DNA of 64,000 bases, from sequence record NC_052653.1; one strand, written 5' to 3'. The stretch's first letter is position 1; the number at the start of each line of letters is the position of its first letter. Source of the stretch: Escherichia phage vB_vPM_PD06. This document shows, piece after piece, positions 47,060-57,039 of this stretch. The notes beneath the pieces were generated by a model. The model was not told the DNA's origin, searched no databases, and saw only the letters and a program-made list of their open reading frames with translations. A program made the translations under genes and the position numbers.

Positions 47060-47089
47060 ATTTTATCACGAAAAACAACTCTTTGTCAA
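47060..47089 (-). promoter_or_regulatory. sigma70-like promoter on minus strand (TTGACA, 18 nt, TAAAAT)
   Basis: Minus-strand reading: TTGACA (plus 47084-47089) and TAAAAT (plus 47060-47065), upstream of the 46302..47012 gene. Confidence 0.4.
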
Positions 47090-47100
47090 GACAAATAAAA

Positions 47101-47120
47101 AGCCCCGCCGAAGCGAGGCT
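47101..47120 (-). terminator. rho-independent terminator after tape-measure gene
   Basis: Minus-strand hairpin AGCCTCGC-TTCG-GCGGGGCT followed by TTTTATTTG. Confidence 0.5.
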
Positions 47121-47127
47121 TTATGCA

Positions 47128-49107
47128 TTAACCACCAGTAGAAGATTGTCCACTGCTTAACTGAAGAGTTAAACCTTGTGAGAAGTTACTAAAACTGGTA
47201 TTCATTGTCGCATCTAGATAATTACTAAAACCATAGCCATCTGGAATAACATTAATCTGGAATGCGTTGTCTGGGATAACAACCGTATTCTCTACACTTA
47301 ATGGTACTGGAACACCTTGGCGTGGTGTTAGCATAGATGCTGTTAAATCAGGTCTATTGTAACCGATACTAGAAGCACTTGGGTTTAAGGCACTAGTTAA
47401 GAAACTACTATCAAAGTCACCTAAAGGTTGATTTTCAGGTTTATGTTGATCTCTTCCAATAGGCCAATAAGCCCAAGGATTACCACCAACCTGTGCATCG
47501 TACCCATACTGCGTACCATTATAATAATCTCTTACAGCTTCTTTAGAATTGTTTTTTGGCCCAACCTTATTTGAAAAATCAAGGAAATATTTCGCAATTT
47601 TTGCAAGGCTACTTACAATACTACCAGACATTTCACCAAGACCACGAGCAGCTTCTTGGAAAGTTTTCATATTCTCTGCAAAATCTGGTGCAGATTTTAA
47701 ACCATCCATGAATCCTATAAGTAAGTTATTGGTAAAACCTTCTCCTGCTGCACTAATTTGTGCTCTTAGCTTAACAAAATCTTGTGCTGCTTTGATGTTT
47801 TCATCGTTAAGAGTTGCTCCTGAATTTTTTAACATATCCAAGACTTTCATGTACTCTTTACCGTTATCCAAAAACATACGTTGGTAGTGCATTAAGTCAT
47901 CACCAAGGTTTTCCATCAAACGACCAATTTGCGCGGAGTTCATTCCTCTTTTTTGACCTTCATTAACAAGTGCTTGAACAAAGTCTAAAGGTCTGTTCTG
48001 GAATTTAGCAACGTCTTCTTTCGACCAACCAAATTGGTTCATGATTTCATTAATACCACTATCTCCACCTTTCCATTTACCTGATTTTTCATCAAATTCG
48101 GAGTGGAGTACAGTATTACCTAAACGTTCACGAACGTCTTTAATATTGTCAATGGCTTTAATAATGCTGGCAGAGTCTACACCGTTCATCTCACCCCAAG
48201 TACGCATTGTTAAAATTGCATTAGGGTTTACCTGTACGTTCTGACCACCTTTACTAACCATATTAATACGTTCTGCCGCAGTTGTGATACTTTCAGCTAT
48301 TTTGCTTATACCTTGATATAAACCAGCACCTAAAAGAGCAGCACCAAACATAGCAGGGTTAAGAGCAATAGCAGCATTACCTACACCAGATAGCTTACGT
48401 TGTCTGTCGCGTTGTCTTGCTTCTTTTTCTCTTCTTTGCTGACGTTCGAAATCCTTTCTTTCTCTTTCTCGGATACGCTGTCTTCTTTTATCTTCTGCTT
48501 CTTGCAGACGGGCAATTCTACGTCTAGCTCTCTCTTCATCAAGAAGTTGTGCATTCTTCTCTTTATGAGATCTGCGTAGTTCTTCTAACTGTCTAGCCAA
48601 AGTATTATTCATTTGTTGGCTAGTGATCACACCTTTACGATAAAGTTCAACAGTTTCTTCTACAATCTTTTTAGATTTTTCTAGAATTCTGCTGTCTGCT
48701 TTTGTAAAAGGCATAGCTTTAAAACTAAAATCGTCTTGCTTCATATTAGCAAGTGCTGCACGTTTAGCGGCGGCTTCTGCGGCTCTTTCTTCTGGTGTTT
48801 TACGTCCTCCAGAAGATCCAGAACCACCTCTACCACTTCCTCCTTTTCCACCACCACTTGAACCTCCGGTTGGTGGGATTGGTGGAGGATTACCGCCGCC
48901 AAGACCTGACATTTGCTGCCTTATTCTTTTAGCATACTCTTCCATACTTTTAAACTGACGACGCATTTTAGTCATATTTAAAGATGGTTCAATAGATTCT
49001 GTAAAAGTTTTAAGGTTTTTAATTGCGTCTTTAGTATTTTTTAAACTGTCTTTATCTACAGTAAACGTTACTGTATTCTTAATCTTGGAAGTGTTAATTT
49101 CTAACAA
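47128..49107 (-). CDS. tail tape measure protein
   Basis: 659 aa; long charged coiled-coil region (EERARRRIARLQEAEDKRRQRIRERERKDFERQQRREKEARQRDRQRK), Gly-rich stretch (GGGNPPPIPPTGGSSGGGKGGSGRGGSG); sits after the tail chaperone pair. Confidence 0.65.
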   Translation of the reverse strand: MLEINTSKIKNTVTFTVDKDSLKNTKDAIKNLKTFTESIEPSLNMTKMRRQFKSMEEYAKRIRQQMSGLGGGNPPPIPPTGGSSGGGKGGSGRGGSGSSGGRKTPEERAAEAAAKRAALANMKQDDFSFKAMPFTKADSRILEKSKKIVEETVELYRKGVITSQQMNNTLARQLEELRRSHKEKNAQLLDEERARRRIARLQEAEDKRRQRIRERERKDFERQQRREKEARQRDRQRKLSGVGNAAIALNPAMFGAALLGAGLYQGISKIAESITTAAERINMVSKGGQNVQVNPNAILTMRTWGEMNGVDSASIIKAIDNIKDVRERLGNTVLHSEFDEKSGKWKGGDSGINEIMNQFGWSKEDVAKFQNRPLDFVQALVNEGQKRGMNSAQIGRLMENLGDDLMHYQRMFLDNGKEYMKVLDMLKNSGATLNDENIKAAQDFVKLRAQISAAGEGFTNNLLIGFMDGLKSAPDFAENMKTFQEAARGLGEMSGSIVSSLAKIAKYFLDFSNKVGPKNNSKEAVRDYYNGTQYGYDAQVGGNPWAYWPIGRDQHKPENQPLGDFDSSFLTSALNPSASSIGYNRPDLTASMLTPRQGVPVPLSVENTVVIPDNAFQINVIPDGYGFSNYLDATMNTSFSNFSQGLTLQLSSGQSSTGG

Positions 49108-49126
49108 GGGTAATCCTCCGTATTAC

Positions 49127-49354
49127 TTATGAATCTGGAATTAATTTTTTCATAGCCGTATCCAGTTCTCTTATTGTTCTCTGTTGACCACGTTTAATAT
49201 CCGCATCTTTAACGTGAAGATCTTGTACATAGTCTTCAAATGTTAAATATTCATAAATTTTAAGTAGATAATCTACACCATAATTATCTAACGAGGACAA
49301 GGTTTCGGAGGTATTCTTAATTACCTTACAAAGAATTACTTCATACCATGTCAA
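49127..49354 (-). CDS. tail assembly chaperone, -1 frame extension (T-like part)
   Basis: In the -1 frame relative to 49402..49884; this frame is open from the slippery site at 49465-49471 down to the stop at 49127. Confidence 0.55.
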   Translation of the reverse strand: MTWYEVILCKVIKNTSETLSSLDNYGVDYLLKIYEYLTFEDYVQDLHVKDADIKRGQQRTIRELDTAMKKLIPDS

Positions 49355-49401
49355 GCTAAGGGTTTGTGAGGCAATTTCAATTGCTGATTTAATTGCCGGA
49401 C

Positions 49402-49884
49402 TTAACTCTTCGCTAGAGTCTCTATTCCTTGAAATTGGGTCAACAGTTTTCCGAAACCTCGTTTGAAAAAAGGGGCATAGTTCACCTCAAGAACTTTTGC
49501 AGCTAAGTCAACAACTAATTCTGGGTGAGCAAAAAACAATTCATCAAAATTATCGGAAACACTGTGTCCTGCTTCTGTGTAAACTTCATCTAAAATTTTA
49601 CGTAAGAATGCAGCTAAGTTTTTTTCTTCCAGACCACTGAATAATTGGATCAGTGCCATAGCAATACGAGCTTCTAGATCTTCGTCTGCTGACATAAGAG
49701 CAGTATTATACATTGTCATAGGAACAGCCAGTACACTACCTAGTTCTGGAATCCTTTCAAAAACTTTAGTCGGACTCCACTTGAGAACTCTAAATTTTAC
49801 ACTGCGTCCTTCATCCAGATCAATTTCAACCATTACTTCTGGACGAGCAAATTTTGCAATAGTATTATCTTTTTGTTGTTCCAT
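49402..49884 (-). CDS. tail assembly chaperone (G-like)
   Basis: 160-aa ORF between the tail tube and tape measure genes; contains U_UUU_UUC heptamer about 20 codons before its stop. Confidence 0.55.
   Translation of the reverse strand: MEQQKDNTIAKFARPEVMVEIDLDEGRSVKFRVLKWSPTKVFERIPELGSVLAVPMTMYNTALMSADEDLEARIAMALIQLFSGLEEKNLAAFLRKILDEVYTEAGHSVSDNFDELFFAHPELVVDLAAKVLEVNYAPFFKRGFGKLLTQFQGIETLAKS
49465..49471 (-). other. candidate -1 programmed ribosomal frameshift site (T_TTT_TTC)
   Basis: Minus-strand CCT TTT TTC in frame 0 (plus-strand GAAAAAA at 49465-49471); slipping -1 reads PFFQTRFRK... with no stop until 49127. Confidence 0.55.
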
Positions 49885-49902
49885 TATTTCCTCTCTTTAA
49901 AA

Positions 49903-49930
49903 ATAAAGGGCATTTCTGCCCTTTTTATTA
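49903..49930 (-). terminator. hairpin with flanking A/T runs between tail tube and chaperone genes
   Basis: AAAGGGCA-TTTC-TGCCCTTT with T-run on the minus strand; possible attenuator. Confidence 0.4.
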
Positions 49931-50407
49931 CTGAATAGTTAGAGCACTAATAGAGTTAAGTGCGTTAACACCAACACCTACAGTAGAACGAAGTAGGCTT
50001 GCATCTTTAAGACCAATTACCCATTGGTTTTCTTGAATAGTTTCACCAATAGTATCGTCCGGTTGGCTTTGAATCCAACCAATTGTGCTGATATAATATC
50101 CGCGAGGGTCTTCCAGATATACGCTAAATGCTACTTGACGAGTAGAATACATCGTTTGTGCATAAGCAGCAAGGACTTCGTTTGCTGGAGAAGTACGTTG
50201 CAGTGACATTGTTAGCGTACCTAAACGGTTACGACTAAGCGCCAGGGAAACGTCACCATCAGTACCTGAATATGGGTTGATGATATCGTTAGTTTTGTTA
50301 ATAACAATTTTGGTATCTGCGGCGAAACCCCAAGGTTCCCAACCACCCAAAGACAGGATTACTTGAGAAGGATCATAGGCCATTACGCCAGTAAGCATTT
50401 TATCCAA
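49928..50407 (-). CDS. putative tail tube protein
   Basis: 159 aa; lies between the putative sheath and the chaperone/tape-measure genes. Confidence 0.45.
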   Translation of the reverse strand: MDKMLTGVMAYDPSQVILSLGGWEPWGFAADTKIVINKTNDIINPYSGTDGDVSLALSRNRLGTLTMSLQRTSPANEVLAAYAQTMYSTRQVAFSVYLEDPRGYYISTIGWIQSQPDDTIGETIQENQWVIGLKDASLLRSTVGVGVNALNSISALTIQ

Positions 50408-50465
50408 AGTGGATCTCCTTTTATACTACTTTTCATATAAGCGGGGTTTCCCCCGCTGCTTTTAA

Positions 50466-51872
50466 TTATGAAGATACAGTAGAGCTATTGGAATTCTGGC
50501 TATTTGCAGTGCGGTTCGTCAGAACGTTTACCTGCACTTTAACATAGTGGAAGAATCCAGCATATACGTATTCAATAACCATACCATCAACCAAACGTGC
50601 ATTGATTTGAGCATCAGTCATATCTGCACGAGATGGGATATAGATAGTAGGTTTAAGGCTTACCAGAAGTCCTGTTTCCTCTGAAGTTACTACCTCATTG
50701 GCAATAGAACCATTGTTAATACCTACTTGGATTGGGTTTGCAGTAACAGCCTGACGAATCAAAGCAAGACCAGCAGAAGTTGCTCTAACACCACTACCAA
50801 GCATAGATTGCTGTTTAAATAGAGCGAACAGAGATTCTTCTACGCGAGCTTTGAACCACAGAGCGTGTACCACATAGTCAACATAGAAACCACTAACCAT
50901 GAAACCATCACGGTAGAACAGAACACCGTGTTCTTTACGGTAAATATTACCATTCTGTTGAACGATAAAGTTTTCTGCTGTCTGACCAAGTTTTTCAATC
51001 TCGATACCAACAAGGGTTTTACCATGCAGGGTAGTAGTACCTGGTGTTGCAGAGCAGATAGAACCAACTACAGCAGCTTCTGGGAACACTGTATCAGCGT
51101 TAGTCATCCACAATGCCATACAAGTGTTATTGTAGCCCATATCACCTAAGCGTTCTAGAATGTTATCTTCTTGTTTAGTTAGAACACCTGGTTGCGAGGT
51201 AGAGAAGAAATACACTTTATCGTGCTCTTCTACATAACCTGCTAGATCGATAATATCTTGTTCTGCGTGAGAATCAGATAGTAACCAGAACCAACTGTTT
51301 TCATAATCTGCAATTTTAGCAATATCTTCTAAGATATCATTTGCATATTCTACTTTAGTTGTGAATCCTGAACTATCCATAGTAGCGTATTTACCTGCAA
51401 CTGGGGTTACAGTGATAACACTACCATCGTTTGACACAGTGAAGAATTCTTTATACACCATGTCTGCGTTGATCATTTCTGTTAAACCAACAACAATCTC
51501 TTGAGCAGTTGCAGTATCATCGGCAACAAACTTGAAGTCCTTGCTTTTTGAATTTGCTTTAATAGTGATAACGTAAGTTGCACTATCTTCAACTACTGGA
51601 GTTAGAGTTGTTTTAGAAACATCACGCTTACCGACGATAACTTGTTCTGGTGCGAACAGACCGTCAAATAGTAGTTTTGCCATTTTATAAGCTGGATCGG
51701 CAGTGCCAAAACCTGCTTGCAGAAGTGCGTCTGAAGAAGTGAAATAATCTACAAGATTGCCAGTAACGTTATGCCCTGTAAGAATTAGAGGGATATCAAA
51801 CTGTGTTTCACTAATTGAAGTAGCACCGTAGGTAAGGGTTACGGAAACTACCTTATCACGAAAAGTTGCCAT
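50466..51872 (-). CDS. putative contractile tail sheath protein
   Basis: 468 aa; directly upstream of the tube-chaperone-tape measure block. Call is by gene order, not a motif. Confidence 0.5.
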   Translation of the reverse strand: MATFRDKVVSVTLTYGATSISETQFDIPLILTGHNVTGNLVDYFTSSDALLQAGFGTADPAYKMAKLLFDGLFAPEQVIVGKRDVSKTTLTPVVEDSATYVITIKANSKSKDFKFVADDTATAQEIVVGLTEMINADMVYKEFFTVSNDGSVITVTPVAGKYATMDSSGFTTKVEYANDILEDIAKIADYENSWFWLLSDSHAEQDIIDLAGYVEEHDKVYFFSTSQPGVLTKQEDNILERLGDMGYNNTCMALWMTNADTVFPEAAVVGSICSATPGTTTLHGKTLVGIEIEKLGQTAENFIVQQNGNIYRKEHGVLFYRDGFMVSGFYVDYVVHALWFKARVEESLFALFKQQSMLGSGVRATSAGLALIRQAVTANPIQVGINNGSIANEVVTSEETGLLVSLKPTIYIPSRADMTDAQINARLVDGMVIEYVYAGFFHYVKVQVNVLTNRTANSQNSNSSTVSS

Positions 51873-51892
51873 TTATGCTCCTGTTAGAAACT

Positions 51893-52594
51893 TTATTCCA
51901 ATGAATTATCCGTTGGGATATACTTAATTAATGATCCATCATCAGTCGTCGTAAAGTAATAAGTTTTACTTCTGTGAGCAACAATGTAAATCTTATCCAA
52001 AGGAAGATCTATTGGAGTAGGATCATCGTAATCATCTCTGAACGAATGAATGTTCATATTAATTGCTTCAATTTCGGTAGTTACTAAATCCTCAATAACC
52101 ATCGTAGTATTGAATGTAAGAAATATTCTCGCTCTTTGTTCAGTTTTATCTCCATCCAGAACAGTGTTAGCCTGTGCAACATTTGTTGCAGACAAGAAGC
52201 TAATACCTTTGGAATAAAGATACTGGTATTTTAATTCATCTGCACCACGAAGTGCCGCAAGAACATAACTTAAAAGTGTCATTGGTCTTCCTCTAAAAGC
52301 CATAAGTTCTATTTCATACTTATTGTCCATTAGATATGAAAACGCATCTTCACTAAAAGAATATTTTTGTGACCAACCACCTGAATCATCAGATGATACA
52401 ATACGTAATGTCAGATATGGGGTTGTTGGTTTAACAAATGGTTTATCCATAACATAAACCGGAAGCCCCACGAGTCTTTGTAAGAACTTAGCGATATTTA
52501 ATAATATCGTATTTTCATACAATTCAATTTGTTCGTAGATATTAGCCAAAATTACCACCCTCCTCAGAATAAGAATAGGTGTTATTCTGGTCAT
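51893..52594 (-). CDS. hypothetical head-tail joining/tail completion protein
   Basis: ORF track; overlaps the upstream gene by 53 nt, so the true start may be downstream. Confidence 0.35.
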   Translation of the reverse strand: MTRITPILILRRVVILANIYEQIELYENTILLNIAKFLQRLVGLPVYVMDKPFVKPTTPYLTLRIVSSDDSGGWSQKYSFSEDAFSYLMDNKYEIELMAFRGRPMTLLSYVLAALRGADELKYQYLYSKGISFLSATNVAQANTVLDGDKTEQRARIFLTFNTTMVIEDLVTTEIEAINMNIHSFRDDYDDPTPIDLPLDKIYIVAHRSKTYYFTTTDDGSLIKYIPTDNSLE

Positions 52595-52958
52595 CTAGAA
52601 TAGCAACACAATGTGTGTGTATTAAGAAAGATGTTCTTGTCCAATCTTTCAAAGAATAAATGGAAAACCATTGTCCATCTATTAGTATTTGGTCAGATAA
52701 TTGATCTGATCCTTGCTGAATGCCTCTGATTTCTGTTTTTGTCCAGAAGCTATATTGTGCCTTAGATCTGTATCCTTCTGGCAGTGCTTGAAGTGTTCTA
52801 CCTGATATTGGTTGCAAACTTGCAGCCTCTATTGTAAAGTCTTCGTATGCTACTGTATTACCCATATTGGAAATTGGCGAATCAGGATCTTGAACATAGG
52901 TTCTTTTACGACCCTGATACGTTGTAAGATCAAGGAGAGTAAATTGGTCTAATAGCAT
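52542..52958 (-). CDS. hypothetical head-tail connector protein
   Basis: ORF track; position between capsid and tail genes. Confidence 0.4.
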   Translation of the reverse strand: MLLDQFTLLDLTTYQGRKRTYVQDPDSPISNMGNTVAYEDFTIEAASLQPISGRTLQALPEGYRSKAQYSFWTKTEIRGIQQGSDQLSDQILIDGQWFSIYSLKDWTRTSFLIHTHCVAILDDQNNTYSYSEEGGNFG

Positions 52959-53002
52959 TGTATCTCCTTTTTAGTATACATCAAAAACAGACTTATTGCA
53001 AG

Positions 53003-53491
53003 TTATTTTTTAGAACGACCCTTCTTGATTTCTGATTCAATACTGTTAATTAAGTGTCCAGTATCAATAAGAATATGAGAAGAGTAGTTACCTTTATCTC
53101 TACGGATTTTGATAGTCACAGGAGATAGTGGTCTATAACGTTGCAGAGCAATCGCTTTAGCAATAGATTCTCGTGAAACTTTTGCAATAGGTTCAAAGGC
53201 AGCTAAACCCCTTCCACGAAGTAAATAATCTCTAAACACTTCATCAAAATGTTTAGGTATTTCTTTGCTGGCGTGGACTGCACCATCCGTTAAAAACGGA
53301 CGTGCAGGAGTATTGTTTGTTTCATTACCAAACTGTTGTATGGCAGCAATTGCAGGGATAGTGAGATCTGATTCTGGATGGCGAACAGCAGTAAGAAAAC
53401 CAGCATCTATTTCTATATTATCCAGAGCCAGCATTTTACTAAAATATTCATCTAACGACATATCATCGCCACGTTTGATCTCACATTTCAT
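53003..53491 (-). CDS. hypothetical head-tail connector protein
   Basis: ORF track. Confidence 0.4.
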   Translation of the reverse strand: MKCEIKRGDDMSLDEYFSKMLALDNIEIDAGFLTAVRHPESDLTIPAIAAIQQFGNETNNTPARPFLTDGAVHASKEIPKHFDEVFRDYLLRGRGLAAFEPIAKVSRESIAKAIALQRYRPLSPVTIKIRRDKGNYSSHILIDTGHLINSIESEIKKGRSKK

Positions 53492-54039
53492 TATTTATCC
53501 CTTCTGTAGTAACCAATGGGGCCATAGTTTCTGGCATACTTGATATTTCTCGTATGTCGATCTACACTACCAACACCACCTAAACCATTTACTGAATTAG
53601 GATCACTGTTGACACGATCAATTTCACGAGCATCAACACCACCAACTAATACTTTACTCGTTACACCTCTACCAGAAGTACAACCAGGTATCATCATATC
53701 ACCATCAAGATATCCTTTATAGATATTTTCCCAAGGTGAGATGTATTCTGTCTGTCCAGTACCAAAGGTTACTTCAACCTGTACTTCGCCAACTTTCTCT
53801 TTTCTAGAAAGAGCACCACCTGTCTGTGTATTATGATTTAGTACGTCTGTATTCCACAAGTATTCAAGTACAGAGATCAGACTGTTCCACAATACGGCAC
53901 ATTTATTGGCATCATCATTTCCTAGCACATCTATCCACGTTTGAATGATCTGTTCAATCATTGCATCAGGAAGTGTTTCTTGTGAAGGATTAAACACCAA
54001 TATACGGATCATAGGTACAAGGTCACTAGCTACAAGCAT
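53491..54039 (-). CDS. hypothetical head-tail connector protein
   Basis: ORF track. Confidence 0.4.
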   Translation of the reverse strand: MLVASDLVPMIRILVFNPSQETLPDAMIEQIIQTWIDVLGNDDANKCAVLWNSLISVLEYLWNTDVLNHNTQTGGALSRKEKVGEVQVEVTFGTGQTEYISPWENIYKGYLDGDMMIPGCTSGRGVTSKVLVGGVDAREIDRVNSDPNSVNGLGGVGSVDRHTRNIKYARNYGPIGYYRRDK

Positions 54040-54051
54040 GTAAACCTCCTA

Positions 54052-54420
54052 TTACTTTTTAGTGCGCTGTGCACGTTTCTTTGCTGGTGTGTCTACTGCT
54101 TTAACTTCAATTTTATCTTGCGTTTTTAATTCTACAGGTGCATAATCTTCATAGCTAACGAGATAGTAACCAGGATGTTCTTCACTTCCGAAAGGATGAA
54201 CCTGAATTCCTGTCTCTTCACGTAGACGAACTAAGAAGTGAATAAAGTTACCGCCAAGGGCTACTCTACCATCTGTAGTATAGAATGACATAGGTGGAGC
54301 AACACTAAGTGTCTTACCTGCATCTAATGCAGGAGATAGTGAAGCAAAATCCATAATCATTTCATGGTAGCTAAAATATGTTTTCAGTACAGCGTTACCC
54401 ATAATCGTGTTTCCTCTCAT
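54052..54420 (-). CDS. hypothetical head-associated protein
   Basis: ORF track; first gene after the capsid-gene terminator. Confidence 0.4.
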   Translation of the reverse strand: MRGNTIMGNAVLKTYFSYHEMIMDFASLSPALDAGKTLSVAPPMSFYTTDGRVALGGNFIHFLVRLREETGIQVHPFGSEEHPGYYLVSYEDYAPVELKTQDKIEVKAVDTPAKKRAQRTKK

Positions 54421-54445
54421 TGTTAGTGGGACACATAATAAAAAA

Positions 54446-54466
54446 GCCCACCCGCAAGGGGCAGGC
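54446..54466 (-). terminator. rho-independent terminator after major capsid gene
   Basis: Minus-strand hairpin GCCTGCCCC-TTGC-GGGTGGGC followed by TTTTTTATT. Confidence 0.55.
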
Positions 54467-54487
54467 TTTTTAGAATCCCGTTAAGGA

Positions 54488-55489
54488 TTAAGCAGTAGTC
54501 AGTTTAACTACCAGTTCTGGACGGGTATTAACCGCCAGCAGGGAGAATTCAGACTGTAGCTGTACAGTGCGGTGTTCAGATACCATAAAGGTATACAGAT
54601 CACGAGCAACAGTGTTAGCCAGTTCTGGAGTATCCGCTGGAGCATAGTGCGCCTGGAACATATCTGGAATACCCATTGGCAGAACAAACGCTTCACCAGC
54701 AGGGATGTTACCGTGGATATCTTCGATGTAGGTTACACCATTCCATTCGAATACCTGAACGTCCATATTACCGCTTAGGCGGTCACGCAGAAGGTTCGGA
54801 GTACCTTGGAAGTATTGATAAGCCTGGCGAACAAACGGAGAGTTAACCAGAGAAGCAAAGAACTCACGAGAGCACAGAGCAACGATACGAGTAGCGGTAG
54901 AACCGTCTTGTTTCTGATCGATGATGTATGCACGAGCTTCTTTCTCAATGGTAGCAGCCGGAGAAACAGTAGTAGAAGCGAAGTCTACAGATACTGATTT
55001 CTGGGTAGCACCCCATTCGGTGTACCAGTTGTATGCAGAGTTAGCTGCACCACCAACACCATTGTATGCACGACCCATTACTGCTTCTGCAAAGATTTTT
55101 TCTTTAGTTTTTGCAACATCACGCAGGATTTGAGTCATATAGCGGTTAACAACTTCCGCTTCGGTACGCAGGTTATCATTGATGCCACCCATAGCGAAGC
55201 TACGGAAGGATTGAATATCCTGTGCCTTAATGTTCTTATCCAGAGGGAAGAACGGAATACGGAAGACTTTAACGCTTGGAGCGTCCATAGTCAGGAAGTT
55301 ACGCTCACCACCACGTTCACGTGCTGGGATCAGACCATCTGCATTTTTCTGTCTGCCAATTTCGATAGCAGTGGTAGCATGATACTGAACATCAAACAGG
55401 TTCAGACTTGCGATAAGTGTATCAGGAGTTTCTTGTAGCTCAATCATTGGGCTAAAGTCAACAACCTGATCTAAGATAATAGCTGGCAT
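54488..55489 (-). CDS. major capsid protein
   Basis: 333 aa, G+C-richer codon usage than neighbours; order portal, scaffold, small decoration-like protein, this gene, terminator mirrors lambda-like head modules. Confidence 0.6.
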   Translation of the reverse strand: MPAIILDQVVDFSPMIELQETPDTLIASLNLFDVQYHATTAIEIGRQKNADGLIPARERGGERNFLTMDAPSVKVFRIPFFPLDKNIKAQDIQSFRSFAMGGINDNLRTEAEVVNRYMTQILRDVAKTKEKIFAEAVMGRAYNGVGGAANSAYNWYTEWGATQKSVSVDFASTTVSPAATIEKEARAYIIDQKQDGSTATRIVALCSREFFASLVNSPFVRQAYQYFQGTPNLLRDRLSGNMDVQVFEWNGVTYIEDIHGNIPAGEAFVLPMGIPDMFQAHYAPADTPELANTVARDLYTFMVSEHRTVQLQSEFSLLAVNTRPELVVKLTTA

Positions 55490-55510
55490 GTATAAATCTC
55501 CTATTAAAAA

Positions 55511-55903
55511 TTAAGAAGTGAAAACAACTTTTTCAGTCAGTTTCAGATCGTGAGTTTCCAGTGCTGCAACGCCAGCGTCATCAATCAGATCACCACTCTT
55601 GTAGTAAACTGCATAACGGTTGAGAGTCAGGTCACGTACACCAACAACTGCGGTGAAAGTGTCACCTACTGCAACATCATCGATCCCGAACAGTGCGTCA
55701 GTCCACAGCAGAACTTTAACAGCTTCACCAGCAGAAGCAGCTTCTGTGTTGTCAGCTTTCAGTACAGAACCAATTTTCATGGTTGCAGTTTTAACCAGGT
55801 TCACTTCACGAACACAGTGACCTAGGTCAGAACTAAATACTCCACCCAGAACAAGGTGTCCAAATTCCTGGCGGTAGTTTGATAAAGAAATTCCAGTTGC
55901 CAT
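55511..55903 (-). CDS. putative head decoration protein
   Basis: 130 aa, immediately upstream of the major capsid gene; call by size and position. Confidence 0.4.
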   Translation of the reverse strand: MATGISLSNYRQEFGHLVLGGVFSSDLGHCVREVNLVKTATMKIGSVLKADNTEAASAGEAVKVLLWTDALFGIDDVAVGDTFTAVVGVRDLTLNRYAVYYKSGDLIDDAGVAALETHDLKLTEKVVFTS

Positions 55904-55921
55904 TAATTAAATCTCCTTAGA

Positions 55922-57037
55922 TTATTTCTGGGCTTTTTTAAGTTCAGCAGCTTTTTGACGAATCAGTTCAGAAGCAGATTTAGCAACAGGTTCTTTGTTT
56001 TCAACATCAACACCTACTTCTTTGCCAAATTCTTTCTTAACTGTTTCAACTTCTTCGCGAGCTTTTTCAAATGCAGTAACAACAGTTTCAGCAATTTCTT
56101 TGTTATCTACTAGGTATTTAACAAGTGCTTCAACTTTGTCTTCTTCAACATAGCCATAAGACTTAATTACATTGGTATAGTCTTCTTCGATACGAGCAAT
56201 TTCTGCTTTACGAAGTTCTTCGGCTTCTGCCTTAGCTTTGTTGATTTCTTCCTGTGCTTTAGCTTCTGCCTCTGCACGAGCTTCAGCAGCAGCTTTTTCT
56301 ACCGCTTCTGCAATCTGTGCTTTAATAAGGTCTTGCACCTCAGCAGATTTCAGGAATTCTTCTTTGTTAATATTTTCCAAAGGGGTATCTCCTTTATTTA
56401 TATCGGTTGTGTTTGCAGATTCAAGATCTGCTGGATTATCCTCTGCAATCACAGAGTCTTTATTAGTACGAGCTTCGTGAGCTTTTACTAAATAATCTTT
56501 TACGTGATCAAACTTAATTGCGCTCTTAACTAGATCACCTAGAGCATCATCAATCAAGTTATCAAAGAAATCCAGGGAAACTAAAACATCACCGTCTACT
56601 ACTTCATAGTCCGTTGTTTGTACTACTGGTTTTGCAACATCACCAACTTCAACAAGAAGTCCGTTAATGGTAAAATCAGTAGAGAACATTCCATAGTCAG
56701 AACAGAAAATAACAATGCCATTATCAAAATCGGCATCGACTACATAAACCCAATCCCAACCAGATTCGTATTTTTCACGAACGGCATCAGATAATGATCC
56801 CATAAGTTGGTTCATATATGATTTACGTAATTCAGTAACGTCTTCACCCATTTTTTCTAGAGCTTCTAATTTAGTGAAGCTAATGTCTGGGTTGTCGCCA
56901 GATTTAAAAAGTAGAGGGGTATTAAAGCCAGAAGCAGCACCACCTTGAAATTCGAAGGTGTAAGCAATGTGTGCTCCGCAAGAATCTTCCGTAGCTTTAC
57001 CCGAAAAGTCTACGTCAGCTAGATATGTATGTGCCAC
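55922..57037 (-). CDS. putative scaffolding protein (possibly with N-terminal protease-like domain)
   Basis: C-terminal half is Ala/Glu/Lys-rich coiled coil (AEAVEKAAAEARAEAEAKAQEEINKAKAEAEELRKAEIARIEE); sits between portal and capsid genes. Confidence 0.5.
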   Translation of the reverse strand: MAHTYLADVDFSGKATEDSCGAHIAYTFEFQGGAASGFNTPLLFKSGDNPDISFTKLEALEKMGEDVTELRKSYMNQLMGSLSDAVREKYESGWDWVYVVDADFDNGIVIFCSDYGMFSTDFTINGLLVEVGDVAKPVVQTTDYEVVDGDVLVSLDFFDNLIDDALGDLVKSAIKFDHVKDYLVKAHEARTNKDSVIAEDNPADLESANTTDINKGDTPLENINKEEFLKSAEVQDLIKAQIAEAVEKAAAEARAEAEAKAQEEINKAKAEAEELRKAEIARIEEDYTNVIKSYGYVEEDKVEALVKYLVDNKEIAETVVTAFEKAREEVETVKKEFGKEVGVDVENKEPVAKSASELIRQKAAELKKAQK

Positions 57038-57039
57038 AA

